A stretch of DNA of 64,000 nucleotides from Balanoglossus misakiensis (taxonomy: Eukaryota; Animalia; Hemichordata): contig CM082591.2 of the NCBI GenBank assembly GCA_040954595.2, forward strand, positions 6,408,266 to 6,472,265. Direction: 5' to 3'. Shown piece by piece: positions 1 to 13,640 of the stretch. The notes beneath the pieces are model-generated. The model made no database searches and was not told the DNA's origin. It worked only from the letters and a program-made list of their open reading frames with translations. Position numbers and translations under genes: made by a program. How positions within the stretch are numbered: position 1 is the stretch's first letter; each line of letters begins with the position of its first letter.

Positions 1-86
1 AGTTGTTTGCATATTGCGAACATGAACACTAAAGACAGAATTCTCAGAGACAAGTTTCTCATCATTTTGACAGAAACGCCGCTTAC

Positions 87-1916
87 TTGCCAACCATGTA
101 TGTTGAGTATCCCTGCTCTTTCAGTTTCTGTGGCAACAAGGTGAAGTTCAGGGGCAGACCAGCGGGTTCAGTTTTTACCAAAACTTTATGCTGCAAAGAC
201 AAGAAGCACAGGGAAAGTCGAGAAATTGCTGGTATTACATTCAATCGTTGATGTTTTCTGTCAATGCCAAGTATACGGTTCGATAAACACTGATCTGAGA
301 TATACCACTGAGGCAACGTAATCGAAACTGTTAAATGAAATCCGTGTTTTGTTAACGCAACTTTTTTTGCATCAATTAATTTACATGAGAAAAAAAATTG
401 ACTTAAAGGTACACGGTCACATATGCAAATTTAACCACCGTTACCATTGAAAATTAAAAAAAAAAGCTAATTCACGATTTTCAGTGGGTCCCATACGCGA
501 ACAAAATGCGATATCGTACGGTCATTCGAACACTTACACATGCCCCTTAGACCATAATATGGTCTAATTTACATAATACCTATATCTTATATAGGCATAT
601 GTAAATTAGAGGTGAGCGTATATCTTACATATAATTGATATTTTGATACTTTTTAATGGATTGATCGACAGAATGCTGAAAAATGTTGTCACTGGAAAAC
701 GTTACGTCATATTCAAGGCTACCATCTACTTAGATAAGATAATATATTACTTCACTGAATTCACATACCTGGAGACCAACTCGGTAAGGGAAGTATCCCG
801 TCATGAACGCGGCTCTCGTGCTGAAATTGAAAATCGATTTGATTATTTTATGCTCAAAATGTTTCAATCCAGTCTAATCAAAATTTGGGAATAATGTAAT
901 TGTGTGATAAAATGAGACTCAATGATATAAAAAAATCTTGTAGTGTTTGAAATGAAACTTACGGTGTGCACACTGGTTGGACGTACGATTGATTCAGGAT
1001 AACGCCCTCTCTGGCCAATGTGTCGAGGGTGGGGGTAAATATGTCATCGTTGTTGTAGCCGATGTCGTTCCATCCTGAAAGGACGAACATTTCAGAATCA
1101 CATGAGTGACAAATATAATGTTTCCTGGGAACACACCTCATTTCAATATATTGTAAATTAGCGACAGATACTCACAAAACGAGGCATAGAGAAAATATCG
1201 AAAATTTAAATTTATGAATCAAAAACATTGTATTTTTTATGATACTTTCTTGGCGACCGCGTTGAGGTCGGGACATAGTTTACTTAGCAAACTTTTCGTT
1301 CATTGCACTCAGGGAGGTCAAATAAATTTGACAGGGTCAAATGAGTGTGGTTTTCAAGATATGCCCGGCACGTCATTACTGTGACCACCTGTTGATTTGA
1401 TTTACTTTTTTGACCTCCGACCTTTTTGATTTGCATATTGACCGGAGTAGACGAACGAGGGTTCTATCTCTGCAGTGATTTTGTTCAATAAGAGTGTATT
1501 TGTGTATTTGTTAAAGCCCCCGTCATGTGAATGACTCTACCCTACCCAAACATGTTATTAAGGATGGTAGGTTTGTTTAATGTTGCTGGTATCTCGCATG
1601 TATACAACATTTCATATCAAGGCATGCAGGAATTTGTCACTTCGCTACACGAAGCGTGTGAAGTACTGGACAGTAGGAACGGCGTGTATACGAGGACATT
1701 CGGCGTATACACAGAATACAGGTCGACCTTCTGCTCTGAGAATGAGATCGCTGGCCTAACATGACGTCACTCACCTAAATCGTCAGCCACCACGAACATA
1801 ATATTGGGCTTCTGGACTTTGCCGCCGGGGTAGGTGTTCCGGTCGGTCGTCCGATCGCTGGCTGCAGCACATATCGACAGCAGAAGGAGAGTGGCAAGCG
1901 CCAGGCAGGTGTCCAT
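87..1916 (-). CDS. Arylsulfatase B-like sulfatase, 5' part (exons 1916-1775, 1074-963, 820-769, 190-87; continues off the window's left edge)
   Basis: Spliced translation MDTCLALATLLLLSICAAAS...KPNIMFVVADDLG|WNDIGYN...LAREGVILNQSYVQPVCTP|TRAAFMTGYFPYRVGLQ|HKVL...LLPQKLKEQGYSTYMVGK. It has a signal peptide, the PNI..DDLG metal motif, the CTPTR formylglycine motif and the GY.T..VGK motif. All introns are GT-AG and in frame. Confidence 0.93.
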
Positions 1917-3329
1917 GTTGAGACTACCGGGTGGCTATCGATGCGGTCGTTCGCTGTGGTCGGCGACGAGTCGAGTGGGCTTGTCTTGCAAAGTCTGCTC
2001 AATGCCCAACAATCAACACAATGGCAGTCGGATTGCATATGAAAGCATCAGCTGGGGTCATTATGACATGTGACTAGCGCCATGTGATGTCAGTCACATG
2101 CTGTTTGTCTGTGTAATTTCTCGTTGTTTGTTCACAAATATGGATATCAATCATATACAATGGGCAGGTAAAACTCTCATTGCAATCCGTGTCTGACTCA
2201 TGGGCATCTGATACAGGGACGCCTTCAGTGGCCGCTTTGAAAGGCCCCATGGTTCCCGGTGTGATATGTTGTGGCCTAGACTTGCTCCAAGTCTATGGGC
2301 TTCATTATGTGTAGGGAACGCCTAGGCCCACGCTACCCAAAACCACAAGCTCAGTCCCAAATTCGAAACTCACCTCACTACCAAAAACACGCTCAAGGCA
2401 AGCATGCACGCAAAAAGTATTGAAATTATTTATTAAGACAAAAAACCACCGAAAACACAAAAAGTATTGAGATTTGAAAATCACCAAGCGACTAGTGGGC
2501 TAGTCTAGTTGTGGCCTTGAAAAGACCAAGTACAAATATAAGCCGTTTTTTATCGTATTAAATGAACGGACAGAATAAAAAGTATTGAGAGCTAAACAAA
2601 ATCGCTCTGCACAACTATTTTCCAACACATTAGTCCCGGAACGCGCTACATGTTATTCAGAAACAAGTACATATCAGGAAAAACTTATCCCGGCGTTCGG
2701 CTTTTTGAAATGCCACCAACGGCGGGAAAATCCCGAAAATTGCCACTGGACTACCTTACAGTTCGTTGCTCAACTATACCCGGCTGCAGTGCTAAATTAT
2801 CTAGATTTTGTCGCTGTACTGCCTATCTTTTCCGTCTTTACGATTAAGAATGATTTGCTAATATTCTTACCTAGACCGGAGCATCTGCCAAGAAGTGACG
2901 AAAATTGAATATGAAGACATTCCATGATATTCTTGAAACTTCAATCATATTTGAACCACCTCCATCGGTATTTCCAAATAGCAAAGACATTTTCACCAAT
3001 GGGTTTTGATATAAAAACATATTTTATTTCCGTTTACGACGACGACGGACAATTACTCTACATTATAAGCTCCGCTGACAGCGGAGGCCAACAAACGGTC
3101 ACCCCCGTTCACAAATGGCGCGTTCGGTTTCTCAACTAGTATGGAGTAATATTGGACGCATTCCCCTAAACACCACCTGCAAGATTCGATGTTCTTTATT
3201 ATACTCTCACATAGATGGCCGTTTGTGTAACGACTACCAACGCGGCACTGTAATTCAAAAAGAGAAATGCTGCTTGGATGATTTACAACATAAACATGAA
3301 TAGGGGTCGTAACTTCTGTCTTGAGTGTC

Positions 3330-5790
3330 AGAGCTGAGGTGTGATTCGACCATACCCTAACCCAACAAGGTACTTCTTACCGCTTCGCCTATTCCCAATT
3401 AATACACGCTCTTAACTTCAGTATGTCATAATTTTGGTTTTTGATGACATCATTTGACCCATATCCACTGAGTTCATTTGCCTCATGTTTCCAAACATCG
3501 ATTTCACACCTTAGAATTCAGAACTACGTGTATATTAATAAGGAACTATTTGGAGGTCAGGAGGGTGTAACGTGGAAGGATATTTGGACTCAGTGAACAT
3601 GCGCCGATTGAAATCTGTACATTTTTGTTCTCTGAACAGTGCGTCTCACTTGACAAGAACACTAGATCCGGTGAGTGGTATTACATGTATCTCGAGCCAG
3701 CATTTTTTTTTTACTTTCTCGCACATATTTACAACACTAGATGAAATCACTCATGCTGGTATTAGCATATTGTATTCCTGCGATTGGAACTATCTTAGAA
3801 TAATTGCATGTGGTTACAGTCTGTATACAGTGTAGTGTACGTGCAACGAATAACTCATTTTATTGAGATTTTAATGAGGTATGCAATAATTCCCAAATAG
3901 TTCAAATCGCGTTCCTGTTATACTTGCTAGAGGCCCCCGTAAACTTCTGTCTAAGACGAGAATATGGGGATTTTTATTTTCCACAGAAACTTCCGTCGAA
4001 AATATACTACTAAAATTCTTGACCTTTCCAATCGGTTTGTTTGGGTGTAGGCCTACATACTAAATAGCGACCCACTGTTCTGCGACCTACACTATACCTG
4101 AGAACTATACTTTCCCTCATGATGAAAATCCACGATTGATTGAAAACAAATCAAGTCATAAACGTCATAAAATGAAACACAAAAAAGTTGCAACTATCAT
4201 TTGTCTATGAATGCGGTCACCACAAGTTGTCATGCCATAATCTCGTGTTTTCATAAGGTTATCATAGTCTGTAATGATAAACAGAAATACCATGACATTT
4301 GTACTGTAATGGCACCCACTGACCGAGGGCTACAGCCCTTGTCTATTATTGTTGAGGATTAGAGTTGAAATGTGACAAGGGTACACCCAAGTCCACTCCC
4401 ATGACCTGCTTCTTAATACTTCCCCTATACTGACGATTTTTGCCGTTCAACGTTCACTGTACGTGTTAATACTAGTATGTCACAATTTTAGCTTATCAAT
4501 TGGTCCGTATCAACTGGGTTTCTTGCACTGATGCTACTCAAAATCAATTTTAAACGATAGAATTCGCTAATAGATAACTATTCGGCTGTGTTGATATGAC
4601 GTAAAATGATTTTTGGACTCTGTAAACTCACGCCGATTGAAATGCCCTTATCACGTCGCGGGCAGTAAACGAGGTGAGTAATATATCTGGAGTCAAAATT
4701 CTTAAATCTCTCGCCTATATAATATTTGCAACATTCGGTGAAATCACTCATGCTGGTGTTAGCATATACTTAGGTATGAATACGATCGAGGTCACCTAGG
4801 ATACTTACTATATAGTGACGGCCATAAACCTCTGCCAAGTGACGGCCTTAAGATGGGTCCCTAGGATCTTTTTGCCCGTTGCTATGGGCCTTTATAGGAC
4901 ATTACACCCCGATTTGGACTAAGCCGTTTTCAGAGTCTAACAAGGGGCTGGTAACTAGTTAAAAATACGCACGATTGTGAGCGCGCGCCCCCTGACGCCA
5001 TTGATATGCAAATTAGTTAGGTCAAATTTCAAAAGCCTAAGGCTTTTTATTCCGTGACCTCAAAAACGAACTTGATACGTATTCATTAGTTGCTTGAACC
5101 AGGGAAGATCGTGACGGATTTTGTTTTCGAATATTATCGTTGTATCCTACGATTTCAGCATACCCGTACCACACCTGAAAAAGTCATCGATTTTGGGTGT
5201 TTTTGGACGCACTCTTCCACTGGTATCGCTTCTTAGCACGACGAAAACCGAAAAAACGATCCGTCACACTATGCGGAAGTGCGTTCTCAACAAGCAGGTC
5301 AAATTTGGCTGGCCTACGTCGCCTGTGAAAAAAGCCTTAGGGATTTTCGTGAACGGTACAAAATCTCTGTGTACAAAACATTGGATTTTTAGCGTTCGAT
5401 CCAGTTACTGTGGTTACAGGACGCGCACGCTATCGCTGACCGCTGCTTTGCCGTATTAGCGTGGCGGCCTATGGCCGGGCGGTAGCTGCCGTAAACATAC
5501 TCAGACAGGGGGTGTGCACACAATCGTGTGTATTTTTAACTAGTTACAAGCCCCTTGTCGGACGTTCATAACGGTTTCGATCAAAATTGAGTGTAGTGTC
5601 CTATAAAGGCCCATAGCAACGAGCAAAAAGATCCTAGGGACCCATCTTAACCTTTTGCCAAATGACGCCATAAACCTCTGCCAAAATGACTATAAATGCG
5701 GCCAGCACAAGTTCTCGTATCATAATCTCGTGTACTGTTAGCCTATAATCAGGAATAGCAATTCCTTGACATTTGTAATTTGGGGCAATC
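3330..5790. repeat. Degenerate ~1-kb direct duplication in the ARSB-NXPE intergenic region
   Basis: Paired blocks: ggactc..cgccgattgaaat (~3585/~4615), gaaatcactcatgctggt (~3743/~4740), ctat.aatgcgg.ca.cacaagtt...cataatctcgtgt (~4205/~5690). Weaker similarity also near 12300-12520. Confidence 0.6.
4848..5650. mobile_element. Non-autonomous DNA transposon (MITE) with ~130-bp TIRs and TTAA flanks, Kolobok-like
   Basis: TTAA-GATGGGTCCCTAGGATCTTTTTGC... at 4848 mirrors ...GCAAAAAGATCCTAGGGACCCATC-TTAA ending at 5650. Termini are RR...YY with TTAA on both sides, and there is no transposase ORF. Confidence 0.85.
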
Positions 5791-6769
5791 AACGCTTTAT
5801 TGGTAAACCGACGGCTTTTTCCATTTATGTATAGACCGTGATTTGTTAATCATTAAAAATGAAAGAATTACCATTGTAATTAAATTGTTCCCCATAAACT
5901 TTAAAATTACTAAAATGACATGTTTATTTCTTGATATATAGCCAAACACATTTTTGTATGAATACTGGCAGCCATATTGGATTTATTAAAATTAGGCATA
6001 TTTCCGTTAGGTGGATTTGGGTGTATTTTTAATATTGTCGTTTTAGGTGCCCGTCCCAATTGCATTCTGAAGGGAAACATTCTGCTGCTATTTGTTGTGG
6101 GTTTAGGTCATCTCATATTGAATAGACTATGCTAGACAGGTCTGTTTGTTCACGGCGTTACACGCCGGTACACAGGACTATAGGTCGACGCCATGTTTGT
6201 TTATCAATTACGACCGCGTCGCCTCTGTCCACGTCCGCGCCCGTTTTAGAATCTAAGAATTCAAATGGTGAATAGTTAAATTTTAACCATTGATCACCTA
6301 TTCACAAATGCCTTGTTCAGTGGAACTACATCCCCTCAAAACCACCCGCAACAGTTTCTTTTAGACTCTAAAATTGATGGACACCTGTATCACGAATACC
6401 AAGTGTGACACTGCAGTTCAATAAGGCAATGCTTCTTGATCTGGTCTGTCACAATTTGAATTTATGGCAGTGATTATCCCACCTACTGTTGGGTGCCAGA
6501 CTTGACTTGTGATATGGGTACACTCCACTCCACTCCCAGAACCTGCTTCCTAACCCTTCACCTGCTGACAATACATCATGTTCAACAATCACTGTAAGTG
6601 TAAATACTAGTGTGGTCCAAACGGCAAACTCCAAAACCCAGGCTCAGCCTAGCTTAGTCTGAGGGGTAAACTTATTATATAACTAAATTATTTGTAAAAA
6701 AAAAGTCATAATTTAACACTCTTATATGTATATATTTAACTATTTACAAATCATGCAATACTCATTTAA

Positions 6770-7110
6770 TTATATACATGTAATCAAAGTGTATTGTAAT
6801 TATATACATATAATGAAATGTTTAGATAGTTATTTAATGTAATAAAATTATTTATATACAATTTTAATGCAAGTTAATCACATAAAAAATTGACTACATA
6901 ATTAATTATGTTTATGTGATTAACTTGCATTAAAATTGTATATAAATAATTTTATTATATTAAATAATTATCTGAACATTTAGTTATATACATGTAATCA
7001 AAATGTATTGTAATTATATACATATAATGAAATGTTTAGATAGTTATTTAATGTTATAAAATTATTTATATATAATTTTAATGCAAGTTAATCATATAAA
7101 TATAATACAT
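6770..7110. repeat. Extremely AT-rich palindrome plus direct duplication
   Basis: ~70-bp near-perfect inverted arms (~6816-6887 vs ~6911-6981). The block at 6770-6890 is also repeated directly at ~6985-7100. Confidence 0.75.
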
Positions 7111-7339
7111 TATGTAGTCAATTATTTATGTAACAATTTAATGCAGTCAATTTTATACACACAATGAACGGCTTGGGGAATTATTTATATATAACGAATT
7201 ATTCATATTTATTTATTTAATTATATATATAACAAAGATTATAGACAGATAATCGGATTTATATAAATGCAATTGTGTTTTATTTTTATGTACTTTATTT
7301 TTGTTACCTCCTATACGCAAGTTAGATTTCCAAGAAGAC

Positions 7340-10300
7340 ATGAAGCAACGCTTGTCAGTAAAAACCGGAGCTTTCTGTTTTGTTCTTGGCGTGGTGATAG
7401 CGACACTTCTTCAAGAAATGGTATGTATGTATGTATGTATGTATGTATGTATGTATGTATGTATGTATGTATGTATGTATGTATGTATGTATGTATGTAT
7501 GTATGTATGTATGTATGTATGTATGTATGTATGTATGTATGTATGTATGTATGTATGTATGTATGTATGTATGTATGTATGTATGTATGTATGTATGTAT
7601 GTATGTATGTATGTATGTATGTATGTATGTATGTATGTATGTATGTATGTATGTATGTATGTATGTATGTATGTATGTATGTATGTATGTATGTATGTAT
7701 GCATGTATGTATGTATGTATGTATGCATGTATGCATGCATGCATGCATGCATGCATGCATGCATGCATGTATGTATGTATGTATGTATGTATGTATGTAT
7801 GTTATGTTAATATCAATGCTTTACTTGCGAAGATTATTTCATGAAATGATAACATTAATTAAGATATTTGTAATTATTTCTCGCTGATTCAAGATGTTCT
7901 TGTCTAGTTTGTAGTCCACAGAAAATGGTCGAATAAAGTTTCGGCGTCGTTTGAGAACAATCCTTGTTCGCTCACCACACGACAACTTGCTGCGTTCTCT
8001 GGAAGACCAATGTGGACGTTAGACGAACTAAATCTACATTCGAAAAACCTGACATCGTTCGCCGTTTACTTGCATGACCATGGGGCAACATCACCTAATA
8101 TGTCAAGGTGAGTTAAAAAAATATATATACCCTACTTTGCTATACAATACACATACACTTTAATTTAAGAGCTCCAGTATCTTCGATAAATAATTAGAAG
8201 AAAGCACTTGTTTGTTTAAAACCACATAAAACTTGGTCGTTTGCTCAAATTGTTGACCATGTTCGTCTCTTGTTTAATACTCGAATAATGAAACTGTCAG
8301 GGACTTGTAAAATAACAAAAAATAATGACTGTAATTATTGATTTCAGGTTAACCATTCAGGGGAATAGTCAAGGTGAAATAATCGAGGTGACAATCAACA
8401 CTTTTGATGCTGGTGGTCGTAAACGAGGTATTGGAGGGGACTTCTTTTTTGCTGTTATGTCAAACAGTGAAATGCAGACTTCTACCAGCGGAAGGATATT
8501 TGATCGTGGGGATGGATCTTACACTGTCAAATTCTACGCCGCCTGGTCTGGAACGGCGGATATAGAAATAACTTTAGTGCATCCACGCGAGGCAGTTCAG
8601 TGGATAAAGAACGTATATCGACCAAGTGAACGAAAGGCCGAGTGGACAGGATTGTTTAAAAATAAGAAGTCCACTGAAAAGAAGGCGTGCTATGTTTTGG
8701 GAAATTCAAATTACGATAATAAATGTGTGTATCGCAATGAAAACTCGCTCGGTGATGTAGCATTCGTGTGTGATAAACCCAAGAAATTGTCATGTTCGCA
8801 ACTTGACAAAGTAGGCCTTAATATAAAATCGTTGCCAAATAATGTAAACAAACTTCTATCAGATGACGTCAAAGATATGTTTGTACGGTAGGTATTGGTT
8901 GCCTTGCATTGTACATGTAAATATTGTCAGAAAATAGCATTGAAATGTTGGCATTTTCCTAACTGTCACAGAATGTGTCAAAACTGGAGTTTTATTATTT
9001 AAGCGATACAAAGATTAAAGAAAGCACTATATCAACATGCTCGATTTTTTATAGAACTGTTCAGATGATTTCACAGCAAGAAAATATACAATATTACAAG
9101 TGCGAGAAAAGTGCTGACTCCGAATTTTCCACACCACCTTAAAGGGACAAAGTCTCTGTCGCTGCCCTTATTCCATTAATCATGCTTGATACAAGGCACC
9201 GTTTATGTTACCGTTGCTAGGATACCGTTGAAACTGCCACATTGCACAAATGTAACAAAGCATACCCACAGGCGATAAAACACGCAAGAATGTATTGAAC
9301 TATGATGTTATTTTATCTGGGTCATATGTTCTTTTCTTTTCACAGTCCTTACCTTATGACGTCACTGGTCGACTGTCCACTGAAAATCACGATAAAAGGT
9401 AATTCCGTAGTGTAATATAACGGAAATAGACCATTTTCAGAACTCTACATGACCCCGTGAGATCTCGCGTGGCTAGGCAATGTATACAGCAGGATATTCT
9501 CACATGACACAGGACAAACAAAATATGACCCATCGTGTTGAACGGCGCAGAGTTGACACTTTTTGTTGAAGTCTGCAATACTTTAAATTTGATTTTATGC
9601 CAGTTTTGGTTGAACAAAACAAAACAAAACTTTGTGGAAAGAGCGCTTGAACTTGCCGTGAAAATATAAAGCACAATTCTTTATCCCCATTTCGCTCTCT
9701 TTAGTTTTTGTTCTGTAAAGGGGTTTGGAGTCAGTTCCGTTAACCTTCCCTGTGATGTGGGAGGTTGAAGTGAATGTCTGACAAGTCAGCTCGTCATGTC
9801 CGGTCCCTCTGAGATGTGCTTATCCCGCTGTATCATGTGTCTTCTAAGCTCCCTGATCAGAATGTTGCTATTTACCTTTTCAGATGATCAATATTCTGAC
9901 CACCGCAGTGAAGATCTCCCCCCTTGCACTGCAGACCTCCCACGAACAATGTCAGATGGTTTCTGGAGTAATGAGAATGTGTGGACTTCACTGGTTTGCA
10001 AAGCGAGACACTGGAGTGCCGACGACACGCAGTTGTGTCTCCAGGGGAAGACGGTGATTTTCCTGGGTGATTCGACGCTCAGACAAATGTACGACGTCCT
10101 CACTGCTGCGCTGGAGCAAAGGCCACGGACGAATCGTGACACTGACTCGTGGCGGGACGACGCGCACAATATCAGTGTCAGTTTTGATTTTCATGCAATC
10201 CGTTCAGGCAGCCCGTCAATCGACTTTTGGACTCAGAAATTTGAGAGTGACGTGATCGACAGTTTAGCTTCCACCCAGTGCAACTATGTTGTTGTTCTCA

Positions 10301-10659
10301 GCCTATCATATCATTTAGAAACATGGACACCGGCTTCGTACATGGAAAGGCTTCTTCGACTGAGACAGGCAATTATTCGCTCGAAACTACGCTGCCCAGA
10401 CGCGGTTGTAATTATAAAGAGTTCCCATCCTAGAGATCACAAATCAAAGGAATCGTACATACACAGCGGCGATTGGACTTTGTTTGATATGAATGAGGTG
10501 TCACGGACAATATTTGAAGGAATTGGGGTTGTTTTTCTTGATGTTTATGACATGTCTCTGTCCCATGTCTCTAAAAACAACGTTCATATGCCAGGTGAAG
10601 TTATGACTCAACAAGTAGACTTGCTTCTATCCTATGTATGTCCCGCCTTCTCAACATAA
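7340..10659 (+). CDS. NXPE family member (neurexophilin/PC-esterase, SGNH-type), copy A, ~549 aa; exons 7340-7420, 7908-8107, 8348-8887, 9346-9398, 9884-10659
   Basis: N-terminal hydrophobic anchor; Ig-like region with GGDFF and D.GDGSYTV; IFLGDSTLRQ (GDS) and C-terminal NNVHMP motifs typical of NXPE. Exon lengths sum to 1650 nt with an open frame. Confidence 0.9.
7421..7800. repeat. (GTAT)n/(GCAT)n microsatellite starting at the splice donor of NXPE-A intron
   Basis: Direct reading of the sequence. It generates the spurious MYVC/HTYI ORFs. Confidence 0.98.
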
Positions 10660-13640
10660 ATTGTATTACATTGTATTATATACCTAAAGCAGTTACCTAT
10701 GGCGGCGAACTGTACAATACGTTTCCATGCCAGGCTTTGCAATGCAGGCCTACGATATTGTTGTATCTCTTAAATGAAATTCAATTATGATTTAAACATC
10801 AAATAAAGCTTTTGCATTTGTAGTCAAAGTTTTATGTTTTTGCCATGCGGAAAAACGGTGACCCTGCCCCAAATCTACGCGCCAAATGTCATGACCCTAG
10901 ATGCTTGAGCGAAAGATGATGGCGATCCACGTCGGTCCACCCGCTAAAAACGCACACACCTCCTGCAGTAATTTTTCTCCAGTATCTCAGTGAGCACGAC
11001 CGTCACAACTGTTATCTCCGTACGCACTATCTCGTATAGGTGACACTGGTCACCACTGACCTGGTAATTGTTAACTGGAGCATTAACGTTGTGGACAGGA
11101 CACCTCATGAACGTGATATCGCATGTGTCAAATCCAGATGGTAGAATCTCATGAACTGGGCGATGCACATTTATTATTATTATTACACTAATTTACAGGC
11201 GGCAGTCTCAGTACAAAGTAAACTGTAATTTACACCAGAGCCCTAAAAAGGCAGGAATGGAAAGAAAATATTACACCAACAAAGGGAAAACACTACAAAA
11301 TACATGACTGGTCACAGACACTGAACAGCAAGGAACTCTAATCCAGCGAGGAGCCTTCATTCGTTGCATTGAACATTATACAGGAATATGCGGTTGTACT
11401 AGGACTAAGTGTTATATTTTGTCGACGCCAACGATTTTCCCCTATATTTGAATAAAAAACACCTGACTGCCATATTAGCTGGCGACACTACAATTTATTG
11501 GGGTGTAAAAAAAACCTGTCCAGCCAGTAGCAGACACTAAATTGGTTTTATGACAGGTAATCCACCCAGTGTCAGCTCAGTTGAATGAGATTTTCTGATA
11601 GTATTCAAAATGTCAGTAACGGTCAAACGATCGCTCCAGATTGGTGAAGGGCTGGGGACGTGAATGCCAGGCACCAAATTTCGTCATCGATAGGACGTCA
11701 TTTGTAGATAAAATCCAACAGGCCCACTAGATCACGCGACATCTGGGCGTTATCTTACTGGTACCCGATGATACGTTTTAATTCGTACTTACTATTGGCA
11801 GATGTCAGGACTATATTTATACTCAGCCATTTTGTTGTGACCAACATAAGGATATTTGCAGGCTGTCAGCTCACGTATATCGAAATGTTCTCATCTCAAC
11901 ACAAGCATTAAACCTGGTGAGTGGAATTTTGTCTTGATATAGAGTATTTTATTTTGCTCTAAAGTATCAAGAGTGTAGCTGGATACCTGATTAAGCACAC
12001 ATGAACATAAGTATGTCAAAATATTGCCAAAGCGACCTAAAGAATCAACAAACTCATCCTAAAACGTCTAACGTAGCAGATCCAGACGTGAGTTCTATCT
12101 CCCTTCAGACGCTGTCGTTAGGTGCATGACAACTACGGCAACAAGAATCTCTGTGTATAATTGCAATGAGCGATGAATTAATATACAATTCTATTCAGTT
12201 TCAATATACGTAGCCAATATTTGCCATATGGACTAAAAGTGGGCCTATGTTCCCTCAACATCACTCACAACACTCTAGTTTCTTTACTATAAACTGGATG
12301 GCCATATGTACCACGACTACCAACTGTGACACCATTTCTATAAGGTAAATGCTACTTGAGTTGAATTACACCATCTGAATTCATGGCAGGTATAAACTCA
12401 CCACTTGTTCTAAAGTCCATTTACTGACGATACATGCTGCTCAACGTTCATTGTAAGTTTCAATACTAAAGCATTTCATAATTTGGGGTGTTTGACTTCA
12501 TCAATTGATCCATTATGGGGCGTTGTCTATGCATTTAATATTTTACACTATTATATGCTATATTTGTATAGCATATAAATATAACATATATGTTATATTT
12601 ACCCAATTTACATTCTGTGCCAAGATTTTTGGGCATATAATTGTGTTAAATAATAAAGGCACCGATGGCGCCCGTGATCAATATATCCACCGGGTAATTT
12701 AGTGCATTTAATAAGTCACCATGTGCGCAAGGTTCATTCGTGATATTCTGAATTGTTTTTTGGTCTGTGCACCTATGTCACCCCGCTGACCTCATAAAAG
12801 TTGCGTTGAAGCTGGCTCTCTAAATATCCCTCGATGAATAACTCACATTGCAGATGTATTTTTTATTATCTGCCTTCCAGTTGCTATCGATATAATCGGC
12901 TGGCACTTTTGGTGGCTAGCTATCAGTATCTATCGAGCACATCTTCAATCGAGATCTATCATTTTCAACGCACAAGCTTAAAATATACCAGTATAGTATT
13001 GATCATGTTCAACGAGTATTAATGATTAACAGTGGTATGTATGTTATAAAGGTAGTCTACAGATTAAACCGTATTAATGGCCTCATTTTATCGCACGACC
13101 AAAACAAGGCGACGACGCTGCCGACCCTTCAGGTCACATCAAAACATAGTCTATTTCCATTGCATTTAGTTTTGACCAGTCAATGATATTGCTTGTCTGA
13201 GTCGTGTTTACATAGCGTCGCTCTCAGGGTTGTAACATTGCTTTGTGCAACCTATAAGACAATTTCAACAGTTTCACAACCAGTTCAGTTCAGTTCTTGC
13301 CTTGCTATCGTGATTGACATTGCATTTGCTTGTTTTTTATATATTTATTTTCCCCTCGGCTGATAAAACCATTAATTTTAATTTTAATTGTAAACATTGA
13401 TATACCAATATAACATTATTATACCCACATAACATAATCACTTACTAAGCCTGTAATTTTTTTTAAATGGTAAAACTGAAAAATCTTTCAATACAACTAT
13501 GAACCACCTTGGGGGGCATAGCGTTTTCAGATATTGTATAAAATCTGTTATAAGAATGCCAAGTTCATCTACTTTTTGACCAAATATGATTTCATTCAAT
13601 TCGTGTTATGTCTTACATGATTTAGATTTCCAAAGAAGAC

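Noticed and set aside
10920-11260. 74-aa minus-strand ORF next to a (TTA)n tract, possible retroelement remnant
   Set aside because: No recognisable RT/endonuclease motif; too short to call.
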